Of a stretch of 64,000 nt of DNA, positions 12,849-22,891 are shown piece after piece. Location of the stretch: positions 704,001 to 768,000 of the forward strand of contig OZ245842.1 of NCBI GenBank assembly GCA_965228895.1. Direction: 5' to 3'. Source of the stretch: Alphaproteobacteria bacterium (lineage in GTDB: Bacteria > Pseudomonadota > Alphaproteobacteria > SP197). Every line of letters starts with the position of its first letter. Within the stretch, counting starts at the first letter, position 1. The translations under genes were made by a program, and so were the position numbers. The notes beneath the pieces were generated by a model that was given only the letters and a program-made list of their open reading frames with translations, did not search any database and was not told where the DNA came from.

Positions 12849-13748
12849 GTGGATCGCTTGCAGACCATGGCCGTGTTTGTTGCGGTCGCCGAAGAAACTG
12901 GCTTTTCGCCCGCGGCGCGGCGGCTGAATTTGTCGGCTGCCTCGGTGACGCGTGCGATTTCGGCGCTGGAAGATCGGTTGGGTGCGCGCCTGTTCCACCG
13001 TACGACCCGCACGGTCAGGCTGAGCGACGCGGGCGAGCGCTATCTCGACGATTGCCGGCGCATTCTGGCGGAGGTCGACGAGGCCGACCGGCACGCCGCC
13101 GGTACCTATGCCGCGCCGCGCGGCGCTGTCTCGGTGACGGCCTCGGCCTTGTTTGGTCGCATGATCATGGCGCCTGCGCTCCTGAATCTGCTCGACCGTT
13201 ATCCTGAGATCGCCGTCCGCTCGGTCTATGTCGATCGTGTCGTCCATTTGATCGAGGAAGGCATCGACGTTGCGGTGCGTATCGCCGAGTTACCGGATTC
13301 ATCGCTCAGCGCCGTGCGCGTCGGCCAGGTCAGGCGCGTTTTGTGCGCATCGCCCGACTATCTCGCGCGCCGCGGTCATCCGTCCGAGCCATCCGACTTA
13401 AGGGATCACGATCTCGTCGACTTCGCCCACATGACGCCTGGCGGCGAATGGGTGTTTCATAAGGATGGGAAGCGCCACGCCGTCAGGCCGCAGGCGAGAC
13501 TCAAGGTCAACAATGCCGACCCCGCCATTGCCGCCGCCATCGCCGGTCGGGGCATCACCCGCGTGCTTTCCTACATGATCGCGCCTTATCTGGCTTCCGG
13601 GCGGTTGGAGCTGGTGCTTGATGCGTTCGCGCCGCCGGCGGTGCCGATCCATGTCGTGCACAAAGAGGCCGGCCAAACTTCGGCGCGGGTACGCGCCGTG
13701 GTCGATCATCTGGTTGAGCACCTAAGAAACAATCCCTCGATCCGATAA
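12849..13748 (+). CDS. LysR family regulator (CrgA/DmlR-like)
   Basis: MDRLQTMAVF HTH; LIEEGIDVAVRI. Confidence 0.93.
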   Translation: MDRLQTMAVFVAVAEETGFSPAARRLNLSAASVTRAISALEDRLGARLFHRTTRTVRLSDAGERYLDDCRRILAEVDEADRHAAGTYAAPRGAVSVTASALFGRMIMAPALLNLLDRYPEIAVRSVYVDRVVHLIEEGIDVAVRIAELPDSSLSAVRVGQVRRVLCASPDYLARRGHPSEPSDLRDHDLVDFAHMTPGGEWVFHKDGKRHAVRPQARLKVNNADPAIAAAIAGRGITRVLSYMIAPYLASGRLELVLDAFAPPAVPIHVVHKEAGQTSARVRAVVDHLVEHLRNNPSIR

Positions 13749-13839
13749 CGATCGTCCGAGCGGCGGACGTCCATTGTCGCCATCCTATCCGTGGCCGTAC
13801 ACTGGCCGATCACTTGGCGAATGACCGGAATGTTTCGCG

Positions 13840-14718
13840 ATGACCGGATTGACGATCGACCCCCTAGACGAGGCCTTCGGTGCGCGTGTCGGAGGTGTTG
13901 CGATCTCGGGCGACCTCGGTGAGGACACGGTCACGGCCATCCACGACGCCATCGATCGCTATTCGTTACTGTGCTTTCCAGACCAGGACATGACCGACGA
14001 CAAACAACTGGCGTTCACCCGGCTATTGGGCGAACCGGAACCCGAGCATGTGACGTTCGGCAAAACCGGCGAAGTCACCTTTTTCGGCACCGTCGGCAAT
14101 GTCGAGGATGACGGCACCAAACGCGGCAACGCCGATGTCGGCACGCACTATCAGACCGGCAATCAGCTATGGCATTCGGTTTCGTCGTTTCGCGAAAGTC
14201 CGTCTTTCGTCTCGGTCGTTCATGCCTATGAGGTGCCGGGTGAGGGTGGTGCGACCGCCTTCGCCAGCATGCGTTCGGCTTACGCGCAGTTGCCGGACGC
14301 GCTACGCGAGACGATCGACCCGCTCTATGTCGTCCACGATTACGTCTTTTCGAGAAGTCCAATTGCACCGGTCGATCCGAACCACGCGGCGTCGCTGCCG
14401 CCGGTCATGCATCGCCTCGTCCGCGAGAACCCGGCGAACGGGCTCAAAAACTACTATGTCGGATCGCATGCCCGGTCGATTCCCGGCTGGTCAGGCATCG
14501 AAAGCCGCCGCTTGCTCGATGACCTGCTCGACCGCGCCACGATGCCGCATCATGTCGTGACCCATCAGTGGCGCGCCGGCGACCTCGTCATCTGGGACAA
14601 CCGCTGCCTGCTGCACCGGGGTACCGGCTACGATGCCGACCGCTGGCGCCGACGCATGCACCAGACCCGTGTCGTCGGCAGCGAACGCGGCGTCGTGCTG
14701 GGCGCCGCCGCGGCCTAG
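13840..14718 (+). CDS. TauD/TfdA family Fe(II)/2-oxoglutarate oxygenase with H-x-V in place of H-x-D
   Basis: GNQLWHSVSSF, GGATAFAS, WRAGDLVIWDNRCLLHRG, RRM. Confidence 0.88.
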   Translation: MTGLTIDPLDEAFGARVGGVAISGDLGEDTVTAIHDAIDRYSLLCFPDQDMTDDKQLAFTRLLGEPEPEHVTFGKTGEVTFFGTVGNVEDDGTKRGNADVGTHYQTGNQLWHSVSSFRESPSFVSVVHAYEVPGEGGATAFASMRSAYAQLPDALRETIDPLYVVHDYVFSRSPIAPVDPNHAASLPPVMHRLVRENPANGLKNYYVGSHARSIPGWSGIESRRLLDDLLDRATMPHHVVTHQWRAGDLVIWDNRCLLHRGTGYDADRWRRRMHQTRVVGSERGVVLGAAAA

Positions 14719-14723
14719 CCTCA

Positions 14724-14860
14724 GATCGGATCGCAGATTGATGGAACCACGCCATGGTTCCATCAATCTGCGTGAATCCGATCCAATTAAATGACATAGA
14801 GCAGATTCACCCATTTCGATTTCATCGCGAAGCGATCCAATCAAAGTGGGATCTGCTCTA
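14724..14860. repeat. CIR/RIME-like intergenic palindromic element: two inverted hairpin units around an AT-rich spacer
   Basis: Unit 1 has a perfect 18-bp IR (14732-14749/14755-14772) plus GATCGGAT/ATCCGATC. Unit 2 is TAGAGCAGAT...ATCTGCTCTA (14797-14860). Each carries a GANTC site. Confidence 0.75.
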
Positions 14861-16474
14861 GCGGCCGATCTCAAGCCCCTCGTAGTCGTTGGCACGAACG
14901 TCCTCGCAAATCTTGCGATAAGCGCCGACACCGCCGACATAGGGCAGGAAGACTCGTGGTTTGCCCGGAATATTGGCGCCCATATACCAGGAGTTCGCTT
15001 CCGGATAGAGCGTGTCGGCCGCGGTCTCGTTGACGTGGTCGACCCAGCGGTCTTCGGCGGCGACCGAGGGTTCGATACGCGCCATCTGACGGTCGCGAAC
15101 GCTCGCCATGCAGTCGCTGACCCATTCAACGTGCTGTTCGATCGACGTCATCATGTTGGATAGCACTGACGGACTACCCGGACCGGTGATGGTGAAGAAA
15201 TTGGGGAAGCCGGCGACCATCAAACCAAGATAGGTGCGCGGACCCGCCTTCCATTTCTCGCGCAGAGAAAGCCCGTCGCGACCTTTGATGTCGACATTGG
15301 TGAGCGCGCCGGTCATCGCGTCGAAACCGGTGGCGTAGACGATGGCGTCGAAAGCGTAGTCAGCGCCCGTCGTGCGTACGCCGGTCTCCGTGATTGCCTC
15401 GATCGGCGTGGCATGCAGATCGACCAGGGTCACGTTGTCGCGGTTATAGGTTTCATAATAGTCGGTATCGACGCACAGACGTTTGGTGCCGAACGGATGG
15501 GATTTCGGGCACAGAAGTTCGGCGACCTCGGGATCGTTAACACGGGAACGGATGTTGTTGCGCACGTACTCGGCGACCACCTCGTTGGCGCGGGGATTGG
15601 TCATGAGATCCCCGTAGGTTTCCATGACATTGAATCCGCCCTGATACCAGCGCCGTTCGATCTCCTTCTGCACGTCCTCTTCTGGCTGATCGACGAGCGG
15701 TTCCTCGTTCTCGTCGACGTAGAAACCGCCATCGGACCAGCGGGTGATCTCACGGATCTCCGCGTAGCGCGCCTTGTGCTCACGTTCGACATCGGGGTCG
15801 AGGGGGCCGTTCCAGGCGGGGATCGAAAAATTCGGCGTGCGCTGAAAGACCGTCAGGTGGCGTGCCTGTTGGGCGATGATGGGGATCGACTGGATCGCCG
15901 ATGACCCCGTTCCGATGACGCCGACGTCGAGTCCTGTGAAATCGACGCCTTCATGCGGCCACAGGCCCGTGTGATAGGTGGCCCCGCCAAAGCTGTCGCG
16001 GCCTGGAATGTCAGGAAGGCGCGAGGCGGAGAGGCAGCCTGTCGCCATGATGAACCACGTGGCGTCATAGGTCGCGCCCGTATCTGTTTCGATACTCCAG
16101 CGACCGCTTTCCTCGTTCCAGGATGCTGCCGTCGCCTTCGTGTTGAAGACGATGTCGCGGCGCAGGTCGAAACGCTCGGCGACATGGTCGGCGTAGCGCA
16201 GGATCTCCGGCTGCTCCGAATAGCGCTGTGGCCAGGACCACTCCTGCTGCAAGTCTTCGTCGAACGAGTAGGAGTAATCGAGACTCTCGATGTCGCAACG
16301 CGCGCCGGGATAACGGTTCCAGTACCAGGTGCCGCCGACATCCGATGCCGCCTCGACCACACGGACCGAGAAGCCCTGGTTGCGCAGGCGATGCAGCAAG
16401 TAGAGACCGGAAAACCCGGCGCCGACCACAAGGACATCCAGCTGTTCCGCATCGCGCCTGTTCTGTTTGCTCAT
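14858..16474 (-). CDS. Type I Baeyer-Villiger monooxygenase (cyclohexanone/phenylacetone/steroid monooxygenase family)
   Basis: GAGFSG, GGTWYWNRYPGARCD, fingerprint FGGATYHTGLWP, GTGSSA. Confidence 0.93.
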   Translation of the reverse strand: MSKQNRRDAEQLDVLVVGAGFSGLYLLHRLRNQGFSVRVVEAASDVGGTWYWNRYPGARCDIESLDYSYSFDEDLQQEWSWPQRYSEQPEILRYADHVAERFDLRRDIVFNTKATAASWNEESGRWSIETDTGATYDATWFIMATGCLSASRLPDIPGRDSFGGATYHTGLWPHEGVDFTGLDVGVIGTGSSAIQSIPIIAQQARHLTVFQRTPNFSIPAWNGPLDPDVEREHKARYAEIREITRWSDGGFYVDENEEPLVDQPEEDVQKEIERRWYQGGFNVMETYGDLMTNPRANEVVAEYVRNNIRSRVNDPEVAELLCPKSHPFGTKRLCVDTDYYETYNRDNVTLVDLHATPIEAITETGVRTTGADYAFDAIVYATGFDAMTGALTNVDIKGRDGLSLREKWKAGPRTYLGLMVAGFPNFFTITGPGSPSVLSNMMTSIEQHVEWVSDCMASVRDRQMARIEPSVAAEDRWVDHVNETAADTLYPEANSWYMGANIPGKPRVFLPYVGGVGAYRKICEDVRANDYEGLEIGR

Positions 16475-16477
16475 GTC

Positions 16478-17284
16478 CTAGCGACCCTTCCAATTGGGTT
16501 TGCGCTTCTCGGCGAAGGCGAGCGGGCCTTCGATGGCGTCTTCGGAGTCGGTCATGGCCTCGAACACCGGCACGCCGCTGTTGCCGCGCTTGGTCGCGCG
16601 CATCGCCTTGTCGATGGGCAGGTTCATGATGGCCGGCATGATGGCCTTCATCGCCTGCAGCGCCAGGGGCGCGCCTTGGCTCAACTGATCGGCAATCTCG
16701 CGGGTGCGGTCCATCAGTTCATCGGCGGGCAAGACTTCCTTGACCAGCCCCCAGTGTTTGGCCTCCTCGGCCGACATGTGACGGCCAGTAAAGAACAGGT
16801 CCATGGCGACGTTGTAGGGAATACGCCGCGGCAGGCGCTGGATGGCGCCGGCGCTGGCCAGAAAACCGCGCTCCATTTCCGGCAGCCAGAACTCCGCGTG
16901 TGAGGCAGCCATGATGATATCGCCGCATAAGGCGAGCTCGAAGCCACCACCGATCGCAAAGCCGTTGACGGCGGCGATGACCGGTTTGTGCAGGTCCCAG
17001 AACTCGGTCAGACCGGCAAAGCCACCGGGCGACTCGTCGCCTTCCACATCTTCCCGCGATTCCGCCGCTGCGACCGCCTTCAGGTCCCAGCCGGCGGAGA
17101 ACGCGCGGTCGCCGGTGCCGGTGATGATGCCGATCAGAAGGCCGTCATCGTCCTGCAAGGTGCGGAAGGCCCGGTAGAGCTCCATCGACGTCGCGGCGTC
17201 GATCGCGTTGACGGGAGGTCGATTAAGCGTGACCTCCAGGACCTTTCCCCGGCGCGTCGTCGTGACGCTTTCGGATTGAGACAT
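16478..17284 (-). CDS. Enoyl-CoA hydratase (CaiD-like)
   Basis: FSAGWDL, AVNGFAIGGGFEL, LPE, AFAEKRKPNWKGR. Confidence 0.9.
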   Translation of the reverse strand: MSQSESVTTTRRGKVLEVTLNRPPVNAIDAATSMELYRAFRTLQDDDGLLIGIITGTGDRAFSAGWDLKAVAAAESREDVEGDESPGGFAGLTEFWDLHKPVIAAVNGFAIGGGFELALCGDIIMAASHAEFWLPEMERGFLASAGAIQRLPRRIPYNVAMDLFFTGRHMSAEEAKHWGLVKEVLPADELMDRTREIADQLSQGAPLALQAMKAIMPAIMNLPIDKAMRATKRGNSGVPVFEAMTDSEDAIEGPLAFAEKRKPNWKGR

Positions 17285-17443
17285 CGTTCACCTCCCACCG
17301 GGCGACGCTGCTGTTGGTTGAGTAACCAACGCGGTGCATCCCGTCACCCGTTAGGCAAGCACCGGCTGAAAGCGGCGTCAGGCTATTGAGTCCTCATGCC
17401 CGTTGACAACCCCATAACAACTCCGGGCTCGAGAGGTCGAGGA

Positions 17444-18586
17444 TCAGGCAGCCGTGCGCAGCGTTTGAGCGAGCGCGTTCAGGTGATGGCGCATGTCGCC
17501 GAAAGAGGCGTTCATCATCATCAGCCGCTTCAGGTGGTGGCCGATGGGAAAGTCCATGGTCATGCCGATACCGCCATGGAGTTGGACACCTTCTTCGCCG
17601 ACGTTCCTCGCCGCCCGTCCGATCAGGAATTTGGCGGAGCTGGCAGCGCGTCTGCGGGTCGCCGTGTCCTTGTCCAGGTTCAAGGTCACGTCATAGACTG
17701 TCGATTGCGCGAGTTCGCACTCGGCATAGACGTCGACCATGCGGTGCTGCAGCGCCTGGAACGAGCCGAGCGTCTGTCCGAACTGCTCGCGTGTCTTCAG
17801 ATAGTCGAGGGTCGTGTGGTAGATCTCCCACATCGAGCCCACGGCATCGGCACAGGCAAATGCGATGGCGTGGTCGATAACCCGTTCCAGAACCGGAAAG
17901 GCTTTGCCGGCTTCACCCAGCAATGCGCCGGCACCAACCGTTACGTCATCAAGCAGAATGTTCGCCGCGCGGCTGCCGTCCTGCGTGCCGTAGCCGGTCA
18001 CGGTTAGGCCGGAAGCATCCGTGGGCACCAGGAACAGGCTGAGGCCGTCGCGGTCGTATTGTCCGCCGCCGGTGCGCGCGACAACCACGATGATGTCGGC
18101 GTCCCTGGCATAGAAGACGACGTCCTTCTGGCCTGTCAGTACATACCCGTCGCCATCCGGTTTTGCGGATGTCGTGACATCGTTCAGATTAAAGCGAGCC
18201 TGCCGTTCGCCATAGGCCAGCGCCAGCTTCAGTGTGCCCTCTGCGACCTTGGGCAGGAGGTCAAGGCGCTGTTCCTCGTTGCCGCCGAACAGAATGGCGT
18301 GACCACCCAGGACCACTGTCGCCAGATAGGGCGAGGTGACGAGACGCCGGCCGAACTGTTCGGCGATCAGCATAAGCTCGATCGGACCGCCGTCCAGACC
18401 GCCATAGGTCTCGGGAAATGGCGCGGCCATGCAGCCGAGCTCGGCGAACTGCTGCCAGTGTTCGTCGAGATATCCTTGTGGTGTCGCCACCGCCGCTTGG
18501 CGTTTGTCGAAGGGATAGAGGTCCGTGACGACCCGTCCGATGGTCTCGCGAAAGATGCGCTGGTCTTCGGTGAGAGAAAAATCCAT
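17444..18586 (-). CDS. Acyl-CoA dehydrogenase, PimD-like subunit
   Basis: TREQFGQTLGSFQALQHR, VQLHGGIGMT. Confidence 0.88.
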   Translation of the reverse strand: MDFSLTEDQRIFRETIGRVVTDLYPFDKRQAAVATPQGYLDEHWQQFAELGCMAAPFPETYGGLDGGPIELMLIAEQFGRRLVTSPYLATVVLGGHAILFGGNEEQRLDLLPKVAEGTLKLALAYGERQARFNLNDVTTSAKPDGDGYVLTGQKDVVFYARDADIIVVVARTGGGQYDRDGLSLFLVPTDASGLTVTGYGTQDGSRAANILLDDVTVGAGALLGEAGKAFPVLERVIDHAIAFACADAVGSMWEIYHTTLDYLKTREQFGQTLGSFQALQHRMVDVYAECELAQSTVYDVTLNLDKDTATRRRAASSAKFLIGRAARNVGEEGVQLHGGIGMTMDFPIGHHLKRLMMMNASFGDMRHHLNALAQTLRTAA

Positions 18587-18597
18587 GGGTCAGGTCC

Positions 18598-19800
18598 TCA
18601 AAGGCCCAGCACGGCCTTGGCGATGATATTTTTCTGGATTTCCGAGGAGCCGCCCCAGATGGTCGCCTTGCGCATGTTGAAGTAGGTGTGCGCGGCAAAC
18701 TCCGTTGCCTCCGGGCCCAGAGGCATGGCATTGCCTCTCTCATCGGAGTCGGTATCGGGTTCGATGTGACCGTAGGCGCCGATCGCTTCGACCATCAGGG
18801 TCAGGATCTGTTGGTGCAGTTCCGTGCCCCGAACCTTCAGCAGCGAGGCCTCGAAACCCATGGCGTCCGGGCCGCCCGGGCCGAACAGAAAGCGCTGCTC
18901 GGTCAGTTCAAGTTGGCGCAAGGCCGCTTCGACAGCGGCGATTTCCCGGGCGAACTCGGGATCGTCGATCAACCGTTCGCCGTTGGACGGTTCCTCGGCC
19001 GCAATCTCCTTAAGCCGCCTGAGTGTTCCCGTGCTCAGCCCGACCTCCGCCGAGCCGAACCGTTCCATGCCCAGGATGTATTTGCCGATGGACCAGCCCT
19101 TGTGCTCCTCGCCCAAACGGTTGGCAACGGGGACGCGCACGTTGTCGAAATAGGTCTGGTTGAGCTCGTCGCCGCCCTCGAAGGAGAGGATTGGGCTGAT
19201 CGACAGGCCCGGCGACGTCATGTCGACGAACAGGACGGTGATGCCGTGCTGTTTCTTGCCGGACGAGTCCGTGCGGAACAGGCCGAACAGGTAATCGGCA
19301 TAGGGCGCGCTGCTGGTCCAGGTCTTGGTGCCGTTGATGACGTATTCGTCACCCTCGCGGACCGCGCGACATTGCAATGCGGCCAGATCCGACCCGGCGT
19401 TGGGTTCGGAATAGCCCTGGCAGAGAAGGATGTCGCCATTGGCCAGGCCCGGCAGAAAACGCTGCCTCAGATCGTCCGTGCCGAACTCGATTAGCGCCGG
19501 CCCGACCATGCCGGCGGAAAAGAGATCCAGCGGCGGCGCATCGTTCTCCCTGAGTTCGCGTTCAAAGACGTACTGCTGCTCGTAACTCCAGCCCGGTCCG
19601 CCAAATTCGGTCGGCCAGCTCGGGCAGCTCCATCCGCCGTGATCGTGCAGGATGCGGGTCCATCGTTTGGTGTCGAAGGGAGTCAGGCCGCTACGCTCGC
19701 GGCGCACTTTGTCGCGCAGATCGTCCGGCAGGTTGGCGCGGATGAACGTGCGAACCTCGTCGCGGAACCGCTCGATGCTATCATCGAAGTCGAGATTCAA
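18598..19800 (-). CDS. Acyl-CoA dehydrogenase, PimC-like catalytic subunit
   Basis: CQGYSEPNAGSDLA, IWGGSSEIQKNII; GGAGG RBS before TTG 19800. Confidence 0.88.
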   Translation of the reverse strand: MNLDFDDSIERFRDEVRTFIRANLPDDLRDKVRRERSGLTPFDTKRWTRILHDHGGWSCPSWPTEFGGPGWSYEQQYVFERELRENDAPPLDLFSAGMVGPALIEFGTDDLRQRFLPGLANGDILLCQGYSEPNAGSDLAALQCRAVREGDEYVINGTKTWTSSAPYADYLFGLFRTDSSGKKQHGITVLFVDMTSPGLSISPILSFEGGDELNQTYFDNVRVPVANRLGEEHKGWSIGKYILGMERFGSAEVGLSTGTLRRLKEIAAEEPSNGERLIDDPEFAREIAAVEAALRQLELTEQRFLFGPGGPDAMGFEASLLKVRGTELHQQILTLMVEAIGAYGHIEPDTDSDERGNAMPLGPEATEFAAHTYFNMRKATIWGGSSEIQKNIIAKAVLGL

Positions 19801-19953
19801 TTTGACCCCTCCGTGAACCACACCGCGCCCGTGCCGACGCGGACGCCAACCTATGGCGCGTGCCGCTGGTTCTCAACCAGAATAGGGCGCCATGTCTATC
19901 ACCTCGCGTTCGGGCGTTGCCCGAACGGCCACGATCCGCTCTCTATCCATGAG

Positions 19954-20017
19954 TAGAGCAGATTCACCCGTATCGAAGGAATCGCGACGCGATTCCATCA
20001 ATGCGGGATCTGCTCTA
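19954..20017. repeat. Single hairpin unit of the same CIR/RIME-like repeat family
   Basis: TAGAGCAGATTCACCC...GGGATCTGCTCTA, same termini as 14797-14860; three GANTC sites. Confidence 0.8.
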
Positions 20018-20087
20018 GGTTTCACGCCCACTGGACCCAGGCACCGCATCTGTCGCCATCTCTATTCCCGTGACCGGAGACCACACC

Positions 20088-22199
20088 ATGGCCCTCGACC
20101 GCCTGCTCGCCCCTCGCTCGATCGCCGTCGTCGGCGCATCCGAGCGTCCGTCGATCGGTCGAACCATCATCGGCTCGCTGGCCACGCTGGGTTTCTCCGG
20201 CGCTATCTATCCCGTGCATCCGCGCCACGAGACCGTCCTGGGGCACCCCTGTTATGCCAGCCTGACCGACATTCCCGGCAGCGTTGGTCTGGCGGCTCTG
20301 TGCCTCGGCTATGAGCGAATCATGCCGGAGGTCGAAAAGGCCGTGGCGAAGGGCGTACGGGCACTGGTGATCTTCAGCGGCGGTTTTGCCGAGGCCGGCG
20401 AGGAGGGGCGTGCGGCGCAGACGCGCCTGATCGAGATCTGCCGCGACAACGATATCGCGCTGTGCGGTCCCAACTGCATGGGTGTGATGAGCGTCCACAA
20501 CAAGAGCCACGCCTACATGATGGACGTGTTCGACCCGGCAGCACTTGCCGGCAATGTCGGTCTGATCTCGCAGAGCGGTTCGATTTCGATCGGTCTGTTG
20601 ACCGACACGCGGCGATTCGGTTTCAGCCACGTCATCTCGTCGGGCAACGAGGCGGTCGTCACGACCGCCGCCTACATGGAGTATCTGATTGACGATCCCG
20701 CGACGGAGATCATCGCGATCTTCGCGGAGTCGATCAACGAAGCCGAGCGGTTCGTCGCGGCGCTCGACCGGGCAAGCGATGCGGGCAAACCGGTGGTCGT
20801 CTTGAAGGCGGGTAAATCGGCGCGCGCCGCTGCCGCGATCCAGACCCACACCGGCGGCATGGCCGGCGAATCGCGGGTACTGTCGGCTGTCTTGCGGGCG
20901 CACCGCGCCATCGAGGTCAATGATCTCGAAGAAATGACGGAAGTGCTGGCGGCGCTCCAAAGCCGTTCCTGGCCGAAAGGTGACCGGATCGCCATCGTCA
21001 CGGGATCGGGCGGCCATGCGGAACTGTTGTTGGATGCGACAACAGAGGCAGGCTTGAACCTGCCGCCGTTGGGGCAGGCCACGCGCACGGCGATCGAAAC
21101 CGAGATCGGGTCGCTGACCGGTGATGGTAACCCGGCGGACGCTTGGGGGCAGGGCGACTTCGCCGCCAATTTCACCGTCGCGCTGCGCGAGATCGCGGCA
21201 TCCGGCGATTATGACGCCATCGTCCTGTCGCTCGACGCCAATGACGGGCAGGCGGTTGATTATGCCGATCAAGACGAAGCGATCAACGGCGTGATGCGCG
21301 GTGCGCGCGCCGAGCACGACCTGCCGCTCTACCTCATGTCGACGCGCCACGGCGTGCACAAGACCGTGCAGATCAATGCCATGCGCGACGAAGGCATCCC
21401 ATCTCTGGGCGGCATGAAGCAGGCGCTGGGCGCGATCACGCGGGTCGCGCATTGGGTCGGGAGTTCAGCCGCAAACCAACCAGCAGTGGGCGGCGATCGT
21501 GTTGGCGCGGAACGGCCTGACTGGGCGTCGCGTGTCTCGGTTCACGAGTTTGACGCCAAGCGTCTTTTGGCGGCGGCGGGGCTCCCCACGGTCAACGAAC
21601 GGCTGGTCGATGATCTGCCAGCAGCTCTTCAGGCCGCGAGCGATCTTGGTTATCCCGTTGTTCTTAAGGCTGTCGGCGATGTGATTCCCCACCGAAGCGA
21701 GTATGGTCTGATCGAATTGCGTCTTTCGGATGCCGACGCGATGGCCGCCGCGTGGTCCAGGCTCCAGGAACGCCTCGGTGCGATGCCTGAAGCGCCGCAG
21801 CCAGCGCAGTTTGTTGTGCAGGCCATGGCGGCGTCCGGCGTCGAAGTCATCGCCGGCATTGCGCGCGATCCGGCGTTTGGTCTGGTTATGGCGGTCGGTC
21901 CGGGAGGCGTTTTCGCCGAGCTGTTCGATGACGTCGCAATGTGCTGTTTGCCGCCGCGCCCCGGTGATATCGAAACCATGCTGTCGGGCAGCCGTCTGGC
22001 CCAGTTGCTGGCCGGTTTTCGCGGGTCGGGTCCGGCCGATGTAGCGGCCCTGAACAAGGCGCTCACTGCGCTCGCCGAATTCGCGACGGACCATGCGGAC
22101 GTGATCGAAGGTATCGATATCAACCCGCTGCTCGTCTATCCGGACGGCCAGGGCTGCCTGGTCGTCGATGCCCTGATCGTGCCGCGCTCAGGCAGCTAG
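20088..22199 (+). CDS. ADP-forming acyl-CoA synthetase (acetate-CoA ligase family, fused alpha/beta)
   Basis: PRSIAVVGAS, GPNCMG, SQSG, HTGGMAG phospho-His, C-terminal ATP-grasp with DINPL. Confidence 0.9.
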   Translation: MALDRLLAPRSIAVVGASERPSIGRTIIGSLATLGFSGAIYPVHPRHETVLGHPCYASLTDIPGSVGLAALCLGYERIMPEVEKAVAKGVRALVIFSGGFAEAGEEGRAAQTRLIEICRDNDIALCGPNCMGVMSVHNKSHAYMMDVFDPAALAGNVGLISQSGSISIGLLTDTRRFGFSHVISSGNEAVVTTAAYMEYLIDDPATEIIAIFAESINEAERFVAALDRASDAGKPVVVLKAGKSARAAAAIQTHTGGMAGESRVLSAVLRAHRAIEVNDLEEMTEVLAALQSRSWPKGDRIAIVTGSGGHAELLLDATTEAGLNLPPLGQATRTAIETEIGSLTGDGNPADAWGQGDFAANFTVALREIAASGDYDAIVLSLDANDGQAVDYADQDEAINGVMRGARAEHDLPLYLMSTRHGVHKTVQINAMRDEGIPSLGGMKQALGAITRVAHWVGSSAANQPAVGGDRVGAERPDWASRVSVHEFDAKRLLAAAGLPTVNERLVDDLPAALQAASDLGYPVVLKAVGDVIPHRSEYGLIELRLSDADAMAAAWSRLQERLGAMPEAPQPAQFVVQAMAASGVEVIAGIARDPAFGLVMAVGPGGVFAELFDDVAMCCLPPRPGDIETMLSGSRLAQLLAGFRGSGPADVAALNKALTALAEFATDHADVIEGIDINPLLVYPDGQGCLVVDALIVPRSGS

Positions 22200-22204
22200 G
22201 TCGA

Positions 22205-22891
22205 TCAGACGATCTCGCAGGTCATGGCGGGCAGGCCAGCGATCTCGGCGACCAGGCTATCGCCGCGCTGGACAGCGCCGACACCCGCCGGCGTGCCGGT
22301 GAAGATAAGGTCGCCGGGCTTGAGTTCGATCAGCCGGGACAGATAGGCGATCGCTTCGGGCGTCTTCCAGATCATCTGGTTGAGATTGCCCGATTGCCGC
22401 TCTGCGCCGTTCACCGTCAATGTGATGGCGGCTTGCTCGATCCCTGGACAATCTGCCGCCGGCGTCAAAGCGCCGACGGGGCCGGACGCGTCAAAACCTT
22501 TCGCCATGTCCCAGGGGCGGCCAGCCTTTTTGGCAGCCGCCTGGAGGTCGCGGCGGGTCAGGTCGATACCGACCGCATAGCCGAAGACACAGGCCAGGGC
22601 ATCGGTTTCAGCAATGTCACGGCCGCCGCGGCCAAGGGCGGTGACCATCTCGACCTCGTGATGCATATCGTCGGTCGCCGGCGGATAGGCAATCGCGCCG
22701 CCGCCGGGAACGATGGCGGTCGCCGGTTTTGAAAAGAAGAAGGGCTCCTCGCGGTCTGGGTTGCCGCCCATTTCAATCGCGTGGTCGGCGTAGTTGCGCC
22801 CGATGCAGAAGACCCGAGCGACCGGGAACAGGGCGTCGCTGCCGTTGATCGCCAAGCAGACGGGATCGAGTGGCGGAATGGCAAAGGTCAT
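22205..22891 (-). CDS. Fumarylacetoacetate hydrolase family (acylpyruvase / fumarylpyruvate hydrolase-like)
   Basis: CIGRNYADH, HHEVE, DLTRRDLQ, AKGFD, GDLIFTGTPAGVG. Confidence 0.92.
   Translation of the reverse strand: MTFAIPPLDPVCLAINGSDALFPVARVFCIGRNYADHAIEMGGNPDREEPFFFSKPATAIVPGGGAIAYPPATDDMHHEVEMVTALGRGGRDIAETDALACVFGYAVGIDLTRRDLQAAAKKAGRPWDMAKGFDASGPVGALTPAADCPGIEQAAITLTVNGAERQSGNLNQMIWKTPEAIAYLSRLIELKPGDLIFTGTPAGVGAVQRGDSLVAEIAGLPAMTCEIV

Noticed and set aside
14724-14860. CRISPR array or simple terminator
   Set aside because: No repeat-spacer periodicity or cas genes. The units recur elsewhere as a repeat family, though they may also terminate the convergent genes.
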